Below are positions 39,029 to 50,119 of a stretch of DNA of 64,000 nucleotides, piece by piece; position 1 is the first letter of the stretch, and every line of letters starts with the position of its first letter. The notes below the pieces were generated by a model. That model saw only the letters and a program-made list of their open reading frames with translations, was not told the origin of the DNA and did not search any database. The stretch is from the NCBI GenBank assembly GCA_000092065.1, contig CP000586.1; one strand, written 5' to 3'. Both the position numbers and the translations under genes were made by a program. The DNA is from Ostreococcus lucimarinus. Its lineage: Eukaryota.

Positions 39029-40654
39029 TCACTCGCGCTTTGTCTTCGACGCGTCGGCGAGCGCGACTTCGTGCGCGTTAAATTTAGCGAACAATATGTA
39101 CCCGATCGCGATGCCGGCGATCACGCCGAGAGCGAACGGTTTATCTCTGCGCGCGACTCGCCCGATAGCTGCGTCTTCCATCGCGGCGCACGACTGCGCG
39201 CACGACACCGGACCAGGGGGGTGGTAATCTGGACACGCCTTTGGCGCTCCGCGCTTGCCGCCTCCCGCGCCCAAAATCGCGCTCTCGGTGCACAAATTCC
39301 TCAGCCTCTGCAACGGTTCGGCGCCGAGCACGCGACTCACGTCGTCGATGGTTTTATCTGCGGTCATTCCAGCGAGTTCGGAGATGCTCACAGCGCTCGC
39401 CAACTGCTCTGCGGATTCCGGCGTGGCGCCGAGAATGGCCACCGCGGAGATGGTCCGATCGAGGGCGGGGACGATGTGCTCAACCTTCGCTTCGGTAGCT
39501 ATGATGTCTTCGCGGAGCACGCGAAGGCGCGGTCCGTGCGCTTCGCACTTCACGAGCGCTTCCGAATGAGCCCTCTGCGCGTCGTTCAATCGCGTCGTGC
39601 ACTGCTCGCGAAGCTGCTCCATCATGGCGACCTGCTTCTTTTCGTGCGCGACGCGCTTGCGCGTAATCTCCGCTTTATGTCTCGCCATTTCTTTTCGCCG
39701 CTTATCGTCGTCCTTTTGCGCCTTCTTCTTGTCTTTTCGAGCCTCTCTGGAGTTGGGCTTTTGAGTCGACGTTTCGCTCGGCTTGGCGCCAAACTTCTTG
39801 GCGAACTCTGCTTCGAGCGCGGTAACCTCGCGCGCCATCGCCTCTCGCGCGAGTTTAGCGTCCACTTGCATCGCCTCGCAAATTTCCTTGGACGTTTCCC
39901 ACTGCTCGCCCAACGTCGACGCGATCTCGCACTCGTTCTGCAGTTCGGCGTGCTTGGCCGCGTGCTCGAATCGCTGCTCGACGACGCTCCCGCACAACTT
40001 GTTCATCCTCAAATCGCAAAGCGACGCCAACGCGTGATCGTACGACGCCGCGCGAGACGCCCGTCGTCCCTTCCCACCTCCCAGCGGCACCACGCGCGCC
40101 TCCCGCGCGAACGCCGCGTCGCCCCAGTTCGCCGCCCGACGCAGCGTCGCCGCCGCGTCTCGCGCCGCCGCGCACAAAAACCTCCGCCCCGCCGGCAGCC
40201 TCGCGCACGCCTCCGCCGCGTTCTTCGCCCGCAGCTCCTCCTCGATCACGACGTAATTCAACCTCTCGCAGATCGCCAGCGGCGCGAGCGGGCACGGACC
40301 CGCCGGCAATCCTCGCGCGCCGCGTCCCGCCGCGCGCGCCTCCCTCCCCCCGCCCGCCGACGGCGCGCCGCCGTCCGTCGCCGTCGCGCGTCCCCACGTC
40401 GCACCGTCGCGCGCGAGCGCCGTCCCGCGTCCGCGCCCGCCCGCCGTCGCCGTCGCGATCGTCGTCATCACCGCGAGCGTCATCGCCCATCGCGCGTCGC
40501 GCGCGCGCGCGCGTCTTCGACGATTCCGCGACGCCCGCGCGACGTCGTCCGTCGATCGCGCGTCCTGCATCGCCGTCGTCGCGCGACACGCCCGTCGTCG
40601 GCGTCTCGCGTCGGAATCGCGCGTCGATCCGCGGTCCCGGAATCGCAACGGCAT
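39029..40654 (-). CDS. Hypothetical coiled-coil protein with a C-terminal membrane anchor
   Basis: 540-aa ORF with an ATG start. It has coiled-coil Lys/Glu/Ala-rich segments and a C-terminal hydrophobic helix (FALGVIAGIAIGYILFAKF) followed by a short tail. A possible signal-like segment (MTLAVMTTIATATAGG) begins at the alternative ATG at 40483. I recognise no homolog. Confidence 0.4.
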   Translation of the reverse strand: MPLRFRDRGSTRDSDARRRRRACRATTAMQDARSTDDVARASRNRRRRARARDARWAMTLAVMTTIATATAGGRGRGTALARDGATWGRATATDGGAPSAGGGREARAAGRGARGLPAGPCPLAPLAICERLNYVVIEEELRAKNAAEACARLPAGRRFLCAAARDAAATLRRAANWGDAAFAREARVVPLGGGKGRRASRAASYDHALASLCDLRMNKLCGSVVEQRFEHAAKHAELQNECEIASTLGEQWETSKEICEAMQVDAKLAREAMAREVTALEAEFAKKFGAKPSETSTQKPNSREARKDKKKAQKDDDKRRKEMARHKAEITRKRVAHEKKQVAMMEQLREQCTTRLNDAQRAHSEALVKCEAHGPRLRVLREDIIATEAKVEHIVPALDRTISAVAILGATPESAEQLASAVSISELAGMTADKTIDDVSRVLGAEPLQRLRNLCTESAILGAGGGKRGAPKACPDYHPPGPVSCAQSCAAMEDAAIGRVARRDKPFALGVIAGIAIGYILFAKFNAHEVALADASKTKRE

Positions 40655-41046
40655 CGCGATGCCGCGGTCGCGCGCGCGGGCGCGATCGCGCGTCGTCTAC
40701 GCGCCGAATGTCCGAACAAAACCCAAAAAGTATAAATGTATAAATCTTCGTCGAACGCGACCGTTCCCAGAGATGCATAGACCAATTCCCGTGGGACGCG
40801 TTTTTTTCTCCGAACGGCGAGTCATGACTCAAGATGGGGGACTCGGAAGGTGAAAAACGTCGCACCTGGGGTGCACGGCCGAAATTTGAAACAAAAAAGG
40901 GACGGTTTTCACGTCTCCATCGACGGCGACGTTCGCGTCGACGCGCGCGAGGTCACGGGCGCGCGACGTCGACGCGTTCGGGTTTCTTCGCGCCGCGTCG
41001 CGCGTCGACGCGCGCGCGCCATCGCGCGACGCGCGCGACGACGGCG

Positions 41047-41234
41047 ATGACGGCGACGACGGCGCGCGGCGACGCGCTCCGCGTCGGCACCGCGACGCGG
41101 CGCGGGAGACGCGCGACGCGACGCGCGACGACGACGACGATTCGCGCGGCGGCGACGGCGCCGGCGCGCGCGGTCACGCGCGAGGAGTGCGTGGCGTTCG
41201 TCAGGCGGGGGTGTAAACCGAGAGAGGCGTTCAG
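41047..41234 (+). CDS. GSH1: Glutamate-cysteine ligase (plant-type GSH1), exon 1: transit peptide plus ...TREECVAFVRRGCKPREAFR
   Basis: Ends at TTCAG|GTGCGG. The encoded ...GCKPREAFR, joined to exon 2's IGTEHEKFG, reproduces the conserved plant GSH1 block GCK.KEKWRIGTEHEKFGF. The start could instead be the upstream in-frame ATG at 40834. Confidence 0.65.
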
Positions 41235-41484
41235 GTGCGGCGAGGAAAACGACGCGACACCGGGAGGCGCGCAAAGCGCGGAGGCGGGCGCGCGCGCGAC
41301 GCGCGATGGGCGAACGGGGGATGACGCTTTATCCAGACGCGCGGGACGGCGCGGGACGGCGCGCGCGGATGGCGCCGAGGACGCGCGGGGGACGAGAAGG
41401 AGACGCGCGCGATGCGCGCGCGTTCGATATCGACGCGGGGGGGGGCGAGCGCGAGGACTGACGACGCGACGGACGACGACGCAG
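41235..41484 (+). other. GSH1: Spliceosomal intron (250 bp) of GSH1
   Basis: Donor GTGCGGCGAGG, a G9 homopolymer inside the intron, and GGACTGAC 19 nt before the CGCAG| acceptor. Exon 1 ends in phase 2, which the first base of exon 2 completes. Confidence 0.7.
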
Positions 41485-42751
41485 GATCGGGACGGAGCAC
41501 GAAAAGTTTGGGTACGACGAGGCGACCAAGCGAAGGATGGATTATCCAGTCGTGCGGCACGTCCTGAGCTCGCTCGTCGAGCGACACGGGTGGACGCCGA
41601 TAAACGAAGCGGATAACATCATCGGGTGCACGAAGGACAAGCAAAGCGTGACGCTCGAGCCGGGTGGACAGTTTGAACTCTCGGGCGCGCCGCTGGAGAA
41701 CCTGACGCAGACGGACGAGGAGGTGCGATGGCACATCGAGACCGTGAACGCGCTGGCGCGGGAAAAGGGGCACAGATTCTTGGGAATCGGGTTTGACCCG
41801 AAGTGGTCGGTGGCCGAGGTGCCGATGATGCCGAAAGGGAGGTATAAGATTATGCGCGCGTACATGCCGAAGAAGGGCACTCGCGGACACGACATGATGT
41901 TTCGCACGTGCACGATTCAAGTCAACTTGGATTTCGAGAGCGAGCAAGACATGGTGCGCAAGTTCAGGACGTCCCTCGCGCTGCAACCTCTCGCGACGGC
42001 GATGTTCGCCAACTCCGCGTTCGTGGACGGCGCGGACACCGGGTATCAATCCATGCGCTCCGACGTGTGGCGGGACACGGACGACGATCGCACGGGCACG
42101 CTCGCGTGGGTTTTCGACGACGATTTCGGGTTTGAAAAGTACTGCGACTACGTCATGAACGTACCGATGTACTTTGTGTACAGAAACGGCACGTACGTGG
42201 ACGTTTCGGGGGAATCCTGGCTCGATTTTATGGAGGGAAAGCTTCCTCAACTTCCGGGCGACAAGCCGACGATCGACGACTGGGAGCAACACCTCACGAC
42301 TGTGTTTCCGGAGGTTCGTCTCAAGAAGTACATGGAGATGCGAGGTGCCGACGGTGGCTCTTACGAAGCCATCATGGCCCTTCCCGCGCTTTGGGTTGGA
42401 TTGTTGTATTCCGACAAAGCCTTGGACGCGGCCGAGGCGATGGTGAGCGACTGGACGCAAGTCGAGCGCGACGCGCTTCGCGTCGACGTCACCAAGGATG
42501 GATTGTCGGCCAAGTTTAGAGGCGGCACGGCGAACGATATCGCCAAGAAAATGGTCGAACTTTCTGTACAGGGCCTGCAAGAGCGCGGTTTAGGCGAAGA
42601 AGTGTACTTGCGTTACTTGCAAGACATCGTCGACGACGGTAAGAGCGTCGCGGCGCGCATGTCCGAGATGAACGCGCGCGAGTGGAACGGTGATCTCGAA
42701 AAAGTTTACGAGTACGCCACCTTCCCAGACACGCTTCCGAAGATCGTTTGA
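41485..42751 (+). CDS. GSH1: Glutamate-cysteine ligase (plant/proteobacterial type), exon 2
   Basis: Strong match to plant GSH1 along its length (CTIQVNLDFESEQDMVRKFRTSLALQPLATAMFANSAF, MRSDVWRDTDDDRTG, HLTTVFPEVRLKKYMEMRGADGG). The track ORF 41537..42751 is the same frame. Confidence 0.88.
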
Positions 42752-42793
42752 GTTCTCGGACGACGGTAAAATACACGATTCTTTGTAGTATAA

Positions 42794-43552
42794 CTAAATG
42801 CTAGGTAACGGCGCACAGTCGGTTGGTTTATTCGTCGCCCCTTCGCGTACGATTTTACTCACGGCTCGGAACTGAGGGTGGTTCGCGTCACCCATCATTT
42901 CGAAAACCACGCTCTCCGTGCACGTCAAGATCGCCCCAGCCCGCTCCATCCGTCGCAACGCCACCGCGCGGTCCTCCAATCGAATGCTCGACACCGCGTC
43001 CACGCACACGTAAACGACGCCGTTGGGCTCGTTCGCCAATAAATCGAGCACCGTTTGCACCACGCAAACGTGCGCCTCGAGTCCCACGACGACGTGACGA
43101 ACAGGCGCCTCGTCGAGTGAATTCCGTCCAACGAATGCCTTACCGACATCGTACATGCTGAACGCCGTCTTGGACACGCGGTGACGCCTCGCGCCCGCGA
43201 CGGCTCGGGCCGCGTCCCGCACCGACGCCACCGTCGGCCCGAGCTTCTCCGGCACTTGTTCAGTCATGATGACTCTCGTTCCCCATCCACTTTGCATGGC
43301 GTCGATCGCGCGCAACATCGTCGACGTGTTGTGCGCGACGTGATCGAATCCGGCGACGGCGCTCGAAAACTTTTCTTGAATATCGCACACCCACACGTGC
43401 AACCTCGGACTCGCGGGATCGATTTTGTCCGCGCGATTCATGGCTTCCGCGCGCGTCCCGGAGAGCGCTCTGGCGACTTTCGCGCCGCGTCGACGCGCGG
43501 AGACGGTCGCGGGAACGCGAGACGCGAGCGCGCGCGCGAGCGTCGGGAGCAT
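42794..43552 (-). CDS. Isochorismatase-family hydrolase (ISOC2-like), with a mitochondrial-type presequence
   Basis: Isochorismatase fold motifs (VWVCDIQEKF, VVVGLEAHVCVVQTVLDLL, VYVCVDAVSS). The start is an ATG, and the first 40 aa are Arg/Ala-rich. Confidence 0.75.
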   Translation of the reverse strand: MLPTLARALASRVPATVSARRRGAKVARALSGTRAEAMNRADKIDPASPRLHVWVCDIQEKFSSAVAGFDHVAHNTSTMLRAIDAMQSGWGTRVIMTEQVPEKLGPTVASVRDAARAVAGARRHRVSKTAFSMYDVGKAFVGRNSLDEAPVRHVVVGLEAHVCVVQTVLDLLANEPNGVVYVCVDAVSSIRLEDRAVALRRMERAGAILTCTESVVFEMMGDANHPQFRAVSKIVREGATNKPTDCAPLPSI

Positions 43553-43789
43553 GCGCGAGAGGCGAACTCTGAGGCGACGGGAGCGCGCGCGTTCGCGTAC
43601 ATCCTAGATCCGTTATATTGAAAATACGGGTGCGTAGGGGCGTTTATTTGCTCTAGAAGCTTATTTCGCTAGGTTTATATCGGTACAAGGACGCCGAGAC
43701 GCCGACGCGAACGCGCCGCTCGTCGTAGAGCGACGGAGTCGACGCGATTCGCGCGCGCTCGTCTCGAGCCCACCGGACGACCGCAGTTA

Positions 43790-44170
43790 TTAGATGAGCA
43801 ACTTTTCGATGGCATCCTTCAAGTTTTGAATCTGCTGCTTCAACTGCGACCCCTCGTTCGTGGTCACCGAGCAAGAAATCACCGGTCTCGACACCCCGCA
43901 CGCGCGTCCGAGCGCCTGCTTGCTCGGCACGAAGACGTACGGCACGTTTTTATCCTCCGCCAACAGCGGCAGGTGCAGCAGAATCTCCAACGGCTCCGTG
44001 TCCGCCGCCAGCACGACGAACTCCGATATCCCTCGGTTCAGCGTCTTCGTCGCCTCGTTCGCGCCCTTCTTCAGCTGCTTGTAATTGCTCGCCTGTTGCA
44101 CGATGTCCAGAATGGTGATCGTCAATTGCGCGTCCGCGAGCGGATACGCCTTCGGGTTACCCTCAGCCAT
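43790..44170 (-). CDS. SNU13: SNU13 / NHP2-like protein 1 (L7Ae-family 15.5K U4 snRNP and box C/D protein)
   Basis: Near-identity to SNU13 ([98 protein letters not shown]). The ATG at 44168-44170 (minus strand) gives a 126-aa protein. The track ORF adds 39 upstream codons. Confidence 0.9.
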   Translation of the reverse strand: MAEGNPKAYPLADAQLTITILDIVQQASNYKQLKKGANEATKTLNRGISEFVVLAADTEPLEILLHLPLLAEDKNVPYVFVPSKQALGRACGVSRPVISCSVTTNEGSQLKQQIQNLKDAIEKLLI

Positions 44171-44602
44171 GACGCGTTTCGATGCGGCAACCTGTTCACC
44201 CGCGCGATTCGCCACCGCGCGCGCGTCGTCCGTCAGTCTCGCGCGTCGTCGTCGCCCTTCGCGTGCCATCCCTAGTCGTTCGCGCATTCGTCCGATCGCG
44301 TCTTTCGCGTCTTTCGCCTCCTCCCGTCGTCGCGTCGTCGTCGTCGCGCGCCGTCGTCGCCTTCGCTCTCTCCGCGTCGTCGTCGTCGTCGTCGCTCGCG
44401 CACCTCGTTCGGCTTCACTGCTCGACGACGTCCGTCGCGAGCTCGGCAGTGCGGCGCCGTCGCGCGCGCGCCGCCGGTCGATTCGTGTGCGCGACGCAGG
44501 AGGGAGTTTATTAACGAACCCATCGACGCACGAATTCGTCGCGCGTCCGTGTCGTCGCGCGAGATCGCGACGCGGATCGCGGGCGACGCTTCGCGCGGCC
44601 GA

Positions 44603-46180
44603 ATGGCGGCGCGAACGGCGCGCGGTCGAACCGCGGCGTCGCGCGGCGCGCTCGACGCGCGCGGGCGACGCGAACGGGCGAGAGGCGCGACGAAAAGCGC
44701 ACCGGGACTAGGACGGGGACGGGGACGCGAGCGACGCGCGGCGACGACGGACGACGACACGATCGTCGGCGTCGCGACGGCGGTCGTGGGCGCGGTGGGA
44801 GGCGTGGCGATCGTGCGGCTGAGCGGATCGGACGCGCGGGCGATCGGGGGGCGGGTGTTTCGACGCGCGGGCGGAGCGACGCGGGCGAGCGCGAGCGCGA
44901 ACGCGGCGAACGCGTTCGACGAGAGTCATAAGGCGACGTACGGGGTCGTCGTGGACGGTGATGGGGAGATAATCGATGAGGTGATCGCGTTGGCGTTCAT
45001 AGCGCCGCGGAGTTACACGGCGGAGGACGTGGTGGAGTTGCACTGTCACGGCGGCGCGGTGTGCGTGCAACGCGCGATGGCGCGGTGTTTGGACGAGGGC
45101 GCGCGGTTGGCGAGGAATGGGGAGTTTACGTTGCGAGCGTTTTTGAATGGGCGGTTGGATTTGACGCAGGCGGAGGCGGTTCACGCGCTGGTGAGCGCGA
45201 AGACGACGGCGGCGGCGGATAGCGCGTTGGCGGCGATGCGAGGCGGGTTGACGACGCCCGTGAGCGAGGCGAGACGCGCGTGCGTAGATTTATTAGCCGA
45301 GCTCGAGGCGAGATTGGACTTTGACGACGAAATGGTGCCTTTGGACGTGCGGGCGATCGAAGCCAAAGCCGCGGGCGCGCGAGAGACGATTCGAAAGGTG
45401 CTGACGACGGCCAAACGCGGCGCGCTCCTGGAGACGGGCGTCACCGTGGCCATCGTCGGGCGCCCAAATGTGGGCAAGTCGCGCTTATTGAACGCGCTCA
45501 CTCGAAGTGAACGCTCGATCGTGACCTCGCGCGAAGGCACGACTCGAGATGTCGTCGAGGCGTCGGTGAACATTGGTGGACTTCCCGCCACGCTCTTGGA
45601 CACGGCGGGCATACGAAGCGAAACCGACGACGAAGTCGAGAAAATCGGCGTGGAACGTTCTCGCGCCGCCGCCGCGGGCGCTGACATCGTCGTGCTCGTC
45701 GTCGACGCCGAGCGCGGATGGGTGAGTGAGGACAGCGCTATTTGGCAGAGTGAAATCGCGAATAACGCCCGCGCGCGCGGTTCATCCGTGCTCGTGGTGA
45801 ACAAGACGGACATCGCCGACGCGTCGAACGCGACGCCGCCGCCGGAAGTTCTCGAAAGCTTCAGCACCGTCGTTCACGTGAGCGCGGCGACGGGCGACAA
45901 TTTAGAACATTTAGAGCACGCCATCGTGCGCACGGTGAGCGGCGGTGAAGTCGACGCCGAGGGTGGCGCGTGGGCCGCCAATCAACGTCAGGCCGAGGCG
46001 CTGCAAAACGCGTTGGATTCGCTCGATCGTCTTCGCGACACCATCGCCGCCGACATGCCGCTCGACTTTTGGACCATAGATCTGCGCGAGGCCGCGTTCG
46101 CGCTCGGTAGCGTCACGGGCGACGACGTCACCGAGGACGTGCTCGATACGATATTCGAAAGGTTTTGCATAGGAAAGTAG
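44603..46180 (+). CDS. GTPBP3: tRNA modification GTPase MnmE/TrmE (mitochondrial GTPBP3/MSS1-type)
   Basis: N-terminal THF-binding domain ([23 protein letters not shown]), a G domain ([23 protein letters not shown]) and the C-terminal CIGK motif. The track start at 44549 is GTG; the first ATG is at 44603. The presequence is Arg-rich. Confidence 0.85.
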   Translation: MAARTARGRTAASRGALDARGRRERARGATKSAPGLGRGRGRERRAATTDDDTIVGVATAVVGAVGGVAIVRLSGSDARAIGGRVFRRAGGATRASASANAANAFDESHKATYGVVVDGDGEIIDEVIALAFIAPRSYTAEDVVELHCHGGAVCVQRAMARCLDEGARLARNGEFTLRAFLNGRLDLTQAEAVHALVSAKTTAAADSALAAMRGGLTTPVSEARRACVDLLAELEARLDFDDEMVPLDVRAIEAKAAGARETIRKVLTTAKRGALLETGVTVAIVGRPNVGKSRLLNALTRSERSIVTSREGTTRDVVEASVNIGGLPATLLDTAGIRSETDDEVEKIGVERSRAAAAGADIVVLVVDAERGWVSEDSAIWQSEIANNARARGSSVLVVNKTDIADASNATPPPEVLESFSTVVHVSAATGDNLEHLEHAIVRTVSGGEVDAEGGAWAANQRQAEALQNALDSLDRLRDTIAADMPLDFWTIDLREAAFALGSVTGDDVTEDVLDTIFERFCIGK

Positions 46181-46218
46181 CGATTTATTGAATAAGTACG
46201 CGGGGAAATACTTACAGA

Positions 46219-48315
46219 CTAACTGTTTAATCGCCGCGCGCGTTCTGCTAAAGGAATCTGTGATATCGTATCGCTTTCATCGAAATCGAGACGACGTGCA
46301 CGCGTGGGTGATGGAAGGGGAACGTCGTCGCCCCTCAGGGATGCTCGTCGAGCCGAGCCTGATCGCGGCTCTTGCACGCCTGCGATCGTTGTTGAGGGAC
46401 TGCACCTCGGGATGGTGGACTTAATCACGTCTTGCATATCCGCACAGACGCGTAGACCTTTACCACACGATTGGCACCTCCAAGTTCTGTCATTTTGTTT
46501 AAGCGCCAGGTCATGAACTTCGAGCGTGTGCTCTGGCGGAAATGGTGCTCTACTACGAATCAACGTTTCAAGTATCTTCCCTTGCTGGTCATTGCGATAG
46601 TTCGCCGAGTTGTAGTTCCACCAGCCTCGAGGCGCATCTGGTGTAGTTTGACTCGTTCCGTCGTAGAAACTCTTCGCTACGGGAGACGTTCTCACTGCTT
46701 GCTGGTTGAATCCTGTCATCTTCAATCCGGAGAGACTACGGAGGCGAGACAACGCCACGTAGGCTTGTCCCGCGGCGAAGAAGTTTGAACAATCTACATA
46801 TGCCTCGTCGAGTGACATGCCTTGGGACTTGTGAGCCGTTACCCCCCAAGCAAGCGCGAGAGGAATCTGCTTTCGTATGTTTGAGCCGAGCCCAGCTGTT
46901 TCAAACTCGAAATCGTACGGAAGTATTGGTATGGCCTTCTCGTGAAAGTTGTTGAAAAAGACGTACGGAACAGCGATCTTGTCGTCTCGTTTCAATTGTC
47001 CTTCTAACCACTCGACTTGATCATCGAGAGCCTTTATTCCGTGCTCTAAACTCTCGGATGGGATGTCGCACGCCTTTTCCATGTTCGCCTTCATCTTTCT
47101 TATTTCGTCAAGACATATGACTGCTGACTCCATTCGCGCGATGAAACCACGCGCTCCGTTCACCAGCCGCTTCCGCGTGACGATACCATCGACAACGAGG
47201 CATACGTCCAAATTCTTCAGCATCATTACTTTTGCTCCCGTTTTCAACTCCAATTTTTGAGCGATACGGCACTTCTTCTTGGCGCTCAGGGATACCCATA
47301 AACGATGAAGCTCGCTCATGCGCCTGGCTCTCTCTTGCTCGTTATCAATATCGGGTACCTGGACTCTATCAACAGCAGTGAACGTATAACACTTAGATTG
47401 TAGAGTCATCAATGCCTTTTTGTTCACGCTCTCGGCTTTGTCGTTTGTGCCTACTATCCTCAGCGCCGAGGCTCCGACTTGCACCTCGCGCTCATTCTGC
47501 GTGTACAGCGCTTGGAATTCCTCCACCGCGCCTGGTTCGCCGGTGCGAATGTTTTTTAATGCATTGACAAATGCCATATCACCCTGCTGTCGATACACAG
47601 TCTCGAGGTACACAGTTTTGATGTTCGATTCTCGCCAAGTCCACGACTCAAACATCCACCCGCGATTCAGAAACAGCGCCGGACAGAACCCTCGCCCAGT
47701 CGCCATTCGCTCATCCGTATTATCCACCGGACCGAGTTGCAAAAAGTCACCGAAAAGTATCATTTGGATCCCACCACAGGGACGAGGATCGCTTCGAATT
47801 CGCTTCAAATGGTAGCTGAGTCTATCGAAAAGCTCGCCGCTGAGCATCGAGACTTCGTCGACGAGCAAGGCGTCGCATTCGCGCACCCGCTGCTTCGTCA
47901 AATCGCTAGCAAATCCAAACCCATCGACGGTCTTCGATAATCCCAAGCCACAGAACGCGAACAGCGTCGTCCCATTCACGGCCTCTGCCGCTATCGCCGT
48001 CGACGCCGTCGTCGCCGTCATTTTCCCCGCGCGCTTCAAACTCGTACGAATCGCCCGCAGCACCTTCGACTTCCCCGTCCCGCCCACGCCCGACACGAAC
48101 ACGTTTTCCCCGCGCAACGCGAGTTCGACGCATCGTTTCTGCGCGTCATCCAGGTCTCGCAGCGCGTCGTCGTCCTCGATCGCGTCGTTCACGGGTATGG
48201 CTAAGATCGACAACTCGCGCACGATCGTTTCGATCTCTCGTTCGCCCGCGCCGATGATGGCGTCGCGCGCGTGCGCCATCGACGCCGACGACGACCCGTC
48301 GCCGTCGCGCGTCAT
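46219..48315 (-). CDS. PIF1: PIF1-family 5'-3' DNA helicase
   Basis: PIF1 signature motifs (NVFVSGVGGTGKSKVL, LLVDEVSMLSGELF, ILFGDFLQLGPV, AWGVTAHKSQGMSLD, GQAYVALSR). I prefer the ATG at 48313-48315 (minus strand). Upstream track codons start at GTG and would overlap the divergent GST gene. Confidence 0.85.
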   Translation of the reverse strand: MTRDGDGSSSASMAHARDAIIGAGEREIETIVRELSILAIPVNDAIEDDDALRDLDDAQKRCVELALRGENVFVSGVGGTGKSKVLRAIRTSLKRAGKMTATTASTAIAAEAVNGTTLFAFCGLGLSKTVDGFGFASDLTKQRVRECDALLVDEVSMLSGELFDRLSYHLKRIRSDPRPCGGIQMILFGDFLQLGPVDNTDERMATGRGFCPALFLNRGWMFESWTWRESNIKTVYLETVYRQQGDMAFVNALKNIRTGEPGAVEEFQALYTQNEREVQVGASALRIVGTNDKAESVNKKALMTLQSKCYTFTAVDRVQVPDIDNEQERARRMSELHRLWVSLSAKKKCRIAQKLELKTGAKVMMLKNLDVCLVVDGIVTRKRLVNGARGFIARMESAVICLDEIRKMKANMEKACDIPSESLEHGIKALDDQVEWLEGQLKRDDKIAVPYVFFNNFHEKAIPILPYDFEFETAGLGSNIRKQIPLALAWGVTAHKSQGMSLDEAYVDCSNFFAAGQAYVALSRLRSLSGLKMTGFNQQAVRTSPVAKSFYDGTSQTTPDAPRGWWNYNSANYRNDQQGKILETLIRSRAPFPPEHTLEVHDLALKQNDRTWRCQSCGKGLRVCADMQDVIKSTIPRCSPSTTIAGVQEPRSGSARRASLRGDDVPLPSPTRARRLDFDESDTISQIPLAERARRLNS

Positions 48316-48423
48316 CGAGACGCGCGCGCGTCGGGCGCGACCGCCTGTGCGGCGCGCACGCGTCGAGCGCGTGGTGCCGAGTTTCGAGATGCGGCCGCAT
48401 CCCGCCGCGCGCGCGGCGCGCGC

Positions 48424-49134
48424 ATGCCGCCGACGCTCTGGACGCACACCCTGTGCCCGTACGCGCATCGCGCGTCGCTCGCGCTGTGCGAAAAGGGCCT
48501 GCGACCGCGCGCGTTCGAGCGACACGTCGACCTGTCGGACAAGCCCAAAGATTTGTTTCGAGTGAACCCGCGCGGTTTAGTGCCCGCGCTCGAGTGCGAG
48601 GACGGTGAGATCGTCACGGAGAGCTCGAGGATCATCGTCGTCGTGGACGAGCGCTTCGGCGAGCGACGATCGCTGACGCGCGGGCCGAGGGATGAGATTT
48701 TGGAGTTTGCGCGCGACGCCGACGCGGCGGGCGGCGGCTTCGTGAGCTCGGGATTGAGCTTCGTCGGCGGTGGGTGGGGCATTCGTCGCGGCATGCCGCG
48801 TCAGGGGCAGATTGAAACGTTTCAGCGGAGCGTGCGCGCGCTCGACGATCGTCTACGGGGGAGCGAGGGAAATTATTTATTCGGCGCCGACGTGAGTCTC
48901 GCGGATATAAGCATTTGGCCGTTCGCCGAGCGGTTTCAGCTCGCGATGCGCGAGTTTCAAGGGTACGACATCGCGGAAGGCGCGGAGTACTTTGCCGCAT
49001 GGCTCACGGCGATGTCTGCGCGGGACAGCGTGCGGTCGTTGCGGCCTGATGACGAGGCTTTGTTGCGGTCGTGGCGGCGCACGATGCGGCTTGATTACTT
49101 CGATTACGAAACCGCTTCTCGGGAGTCACCCTGA
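48424..49134 (+). CDS. Glutathione S-transferase, omega/lambda/DHAR-like class (CPYA active site)
   Basis: Thioredoxin-fold N-terminus with CPYAHR (LWTHTLCPYAHRASLALCEKGL...VPAL) and a GST C-terminal domain. The ATG at 48424 lies about 108 bp from the divergent PIF1 ATG. Confidence 0.7.
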   Translation: MPPTLWTHTLCPYAHRASLALCEKGLRPRAFERHVDLSDKPKDLFRVNPRGLVPALECEDGEIVTESSRIIVVVDERFGERRSLTRGPRDEILEFARDADAAGGGFVSSGLSFVGGGWGIRRGMPRQGQIETFQRSVRALDDRLRGSEGNYLFGADVSLADISIWPFAERFQLAMREFQGYDIAEGAEYFAAWLTAMSARDSVRSLRPDDEALLRSWRRTMRLDYFDYETASRESP

Positions 49135-49165
49135 TCGTTAGAATTGTTGTGCACATTAAAACACA

Positions 49166-50119
49166 CTAGCTATTTGACGCCGATTTCGCCTTAAGCGTGG
49201 CCCATTGCAAGTGAAGCTGCTTTTGCAGCTCGGGGACGATGTCGACTCCGGTTTGGATGGCGCGCAAAATCACTGAAACGTTTGTCTTTTCGTCTTTCCG
49301 TAGCGCCTCTATATCTTCGCCGTACGCCTCGATGAACGCCTCACGATACATCTTTGCAAACTCTGTGGCGTCGTCGTCGTCGTCACCACCAGTCGCACCC
49401 GCGGTAGATTCCTGCTTCTCCAAGGCATCCATCGCCGCCTGCGCGCGCCCAAAGACCACGTTGTCGTGTTTGGCGATCGAGTCCCACATTCGACACTGAA
49501 AGTTTGCCGGATCCATGTGATCAACCATGACGTTCGACGACTTTCGCGCGCGTAAATCATCTTCTAAGGACAAGCTCGTCTCCAGCAACGTATCTCGCGC
49601 GCCCATGAGGGATAAATTCTTTCGCAGCGCCTTTTTAATAACCGCGCCGACGCGCATACTGAGTTCCTTGCACGCCTTTTCCATCACCTCTTCCTTCCCA
49701 TCTTTCTCTAACTTCGCCCTCGAGCTCGCGCTTAAGCACTCCGTCGTCGTGTATCTATCAACAGCGGCTCTCAGAGCCTCTCTCGCGCGCCTGAACTCTT
49801 CGCTCGCGTCGTCCTCTCCGACCGTCGCTTCGTCTTCGCTCGCGTCCGACGACTCGTCCGCGCTCGACTCCTCCTCTTCGCTCGTCGTCCCCGCCGAAGC
49901 CGACCTCTCACGCGTCGACATGACCGTATCCATCGCTTCTTTTTCGTCGTCGTCGTCGTCATCGTCATCGTCGCTCGCGCTCGGCGTCTTCCTCCGCGCC
50001 TTTTTACTCTTCTCCTTTTTCTCCTTTTCCTTTTTGCTCTTCTTTTCCTTTTTCGCCTTTTTCGCCTTCGGTTCGCGCGACGGCAGCGCCTCGCTCGCGC
50101 GCTCGCGCGTGCGCGTCAT
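49166..50119 (-). CDS. Hypothetical Lys/Glu/Asp-rich (nucleolar-type?) protein
   Basis: An N-terminal KAKKAKKEKKSKKEKEKKEK run and poly-Asp, followed by a less-biased C-terminal 180 aa (…FAKMYREAFIEAYGEDIEALRKDEKTNVSVILRAIQTGVDIVPELQ). The track start at 50146 is GTG; the first ATG is at 50119. I could not confidently assign a family. Confidence 0.4.
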   Translation of the reverse strand: MTRTRERASEALPSREPKAKKAKKEKKSKKEKEKKEKSKKARRKTPSASDDDDDDDDDEKEAMDTVMSTRERSASAGTTSEEEESSADESSDASEDEATVGEDDASEEFRRAREALRAAVDRYTTTECLSASSRAKLEKDGKEEVMEKACKELSMRVGAVIKKALRKNLSLMGARDTLLETSLSLEDDLRARKSSNVMVDHMDPANFQCRMWDSIAKHDNVVFGRAQAAMDALEKQESTAGATGGDDDDDATEFAKMYREAFIEAYGEDIEALRKDEKTNVSVILRAIQTGVDIVPELQKQLHLQWATLKAKSASNS

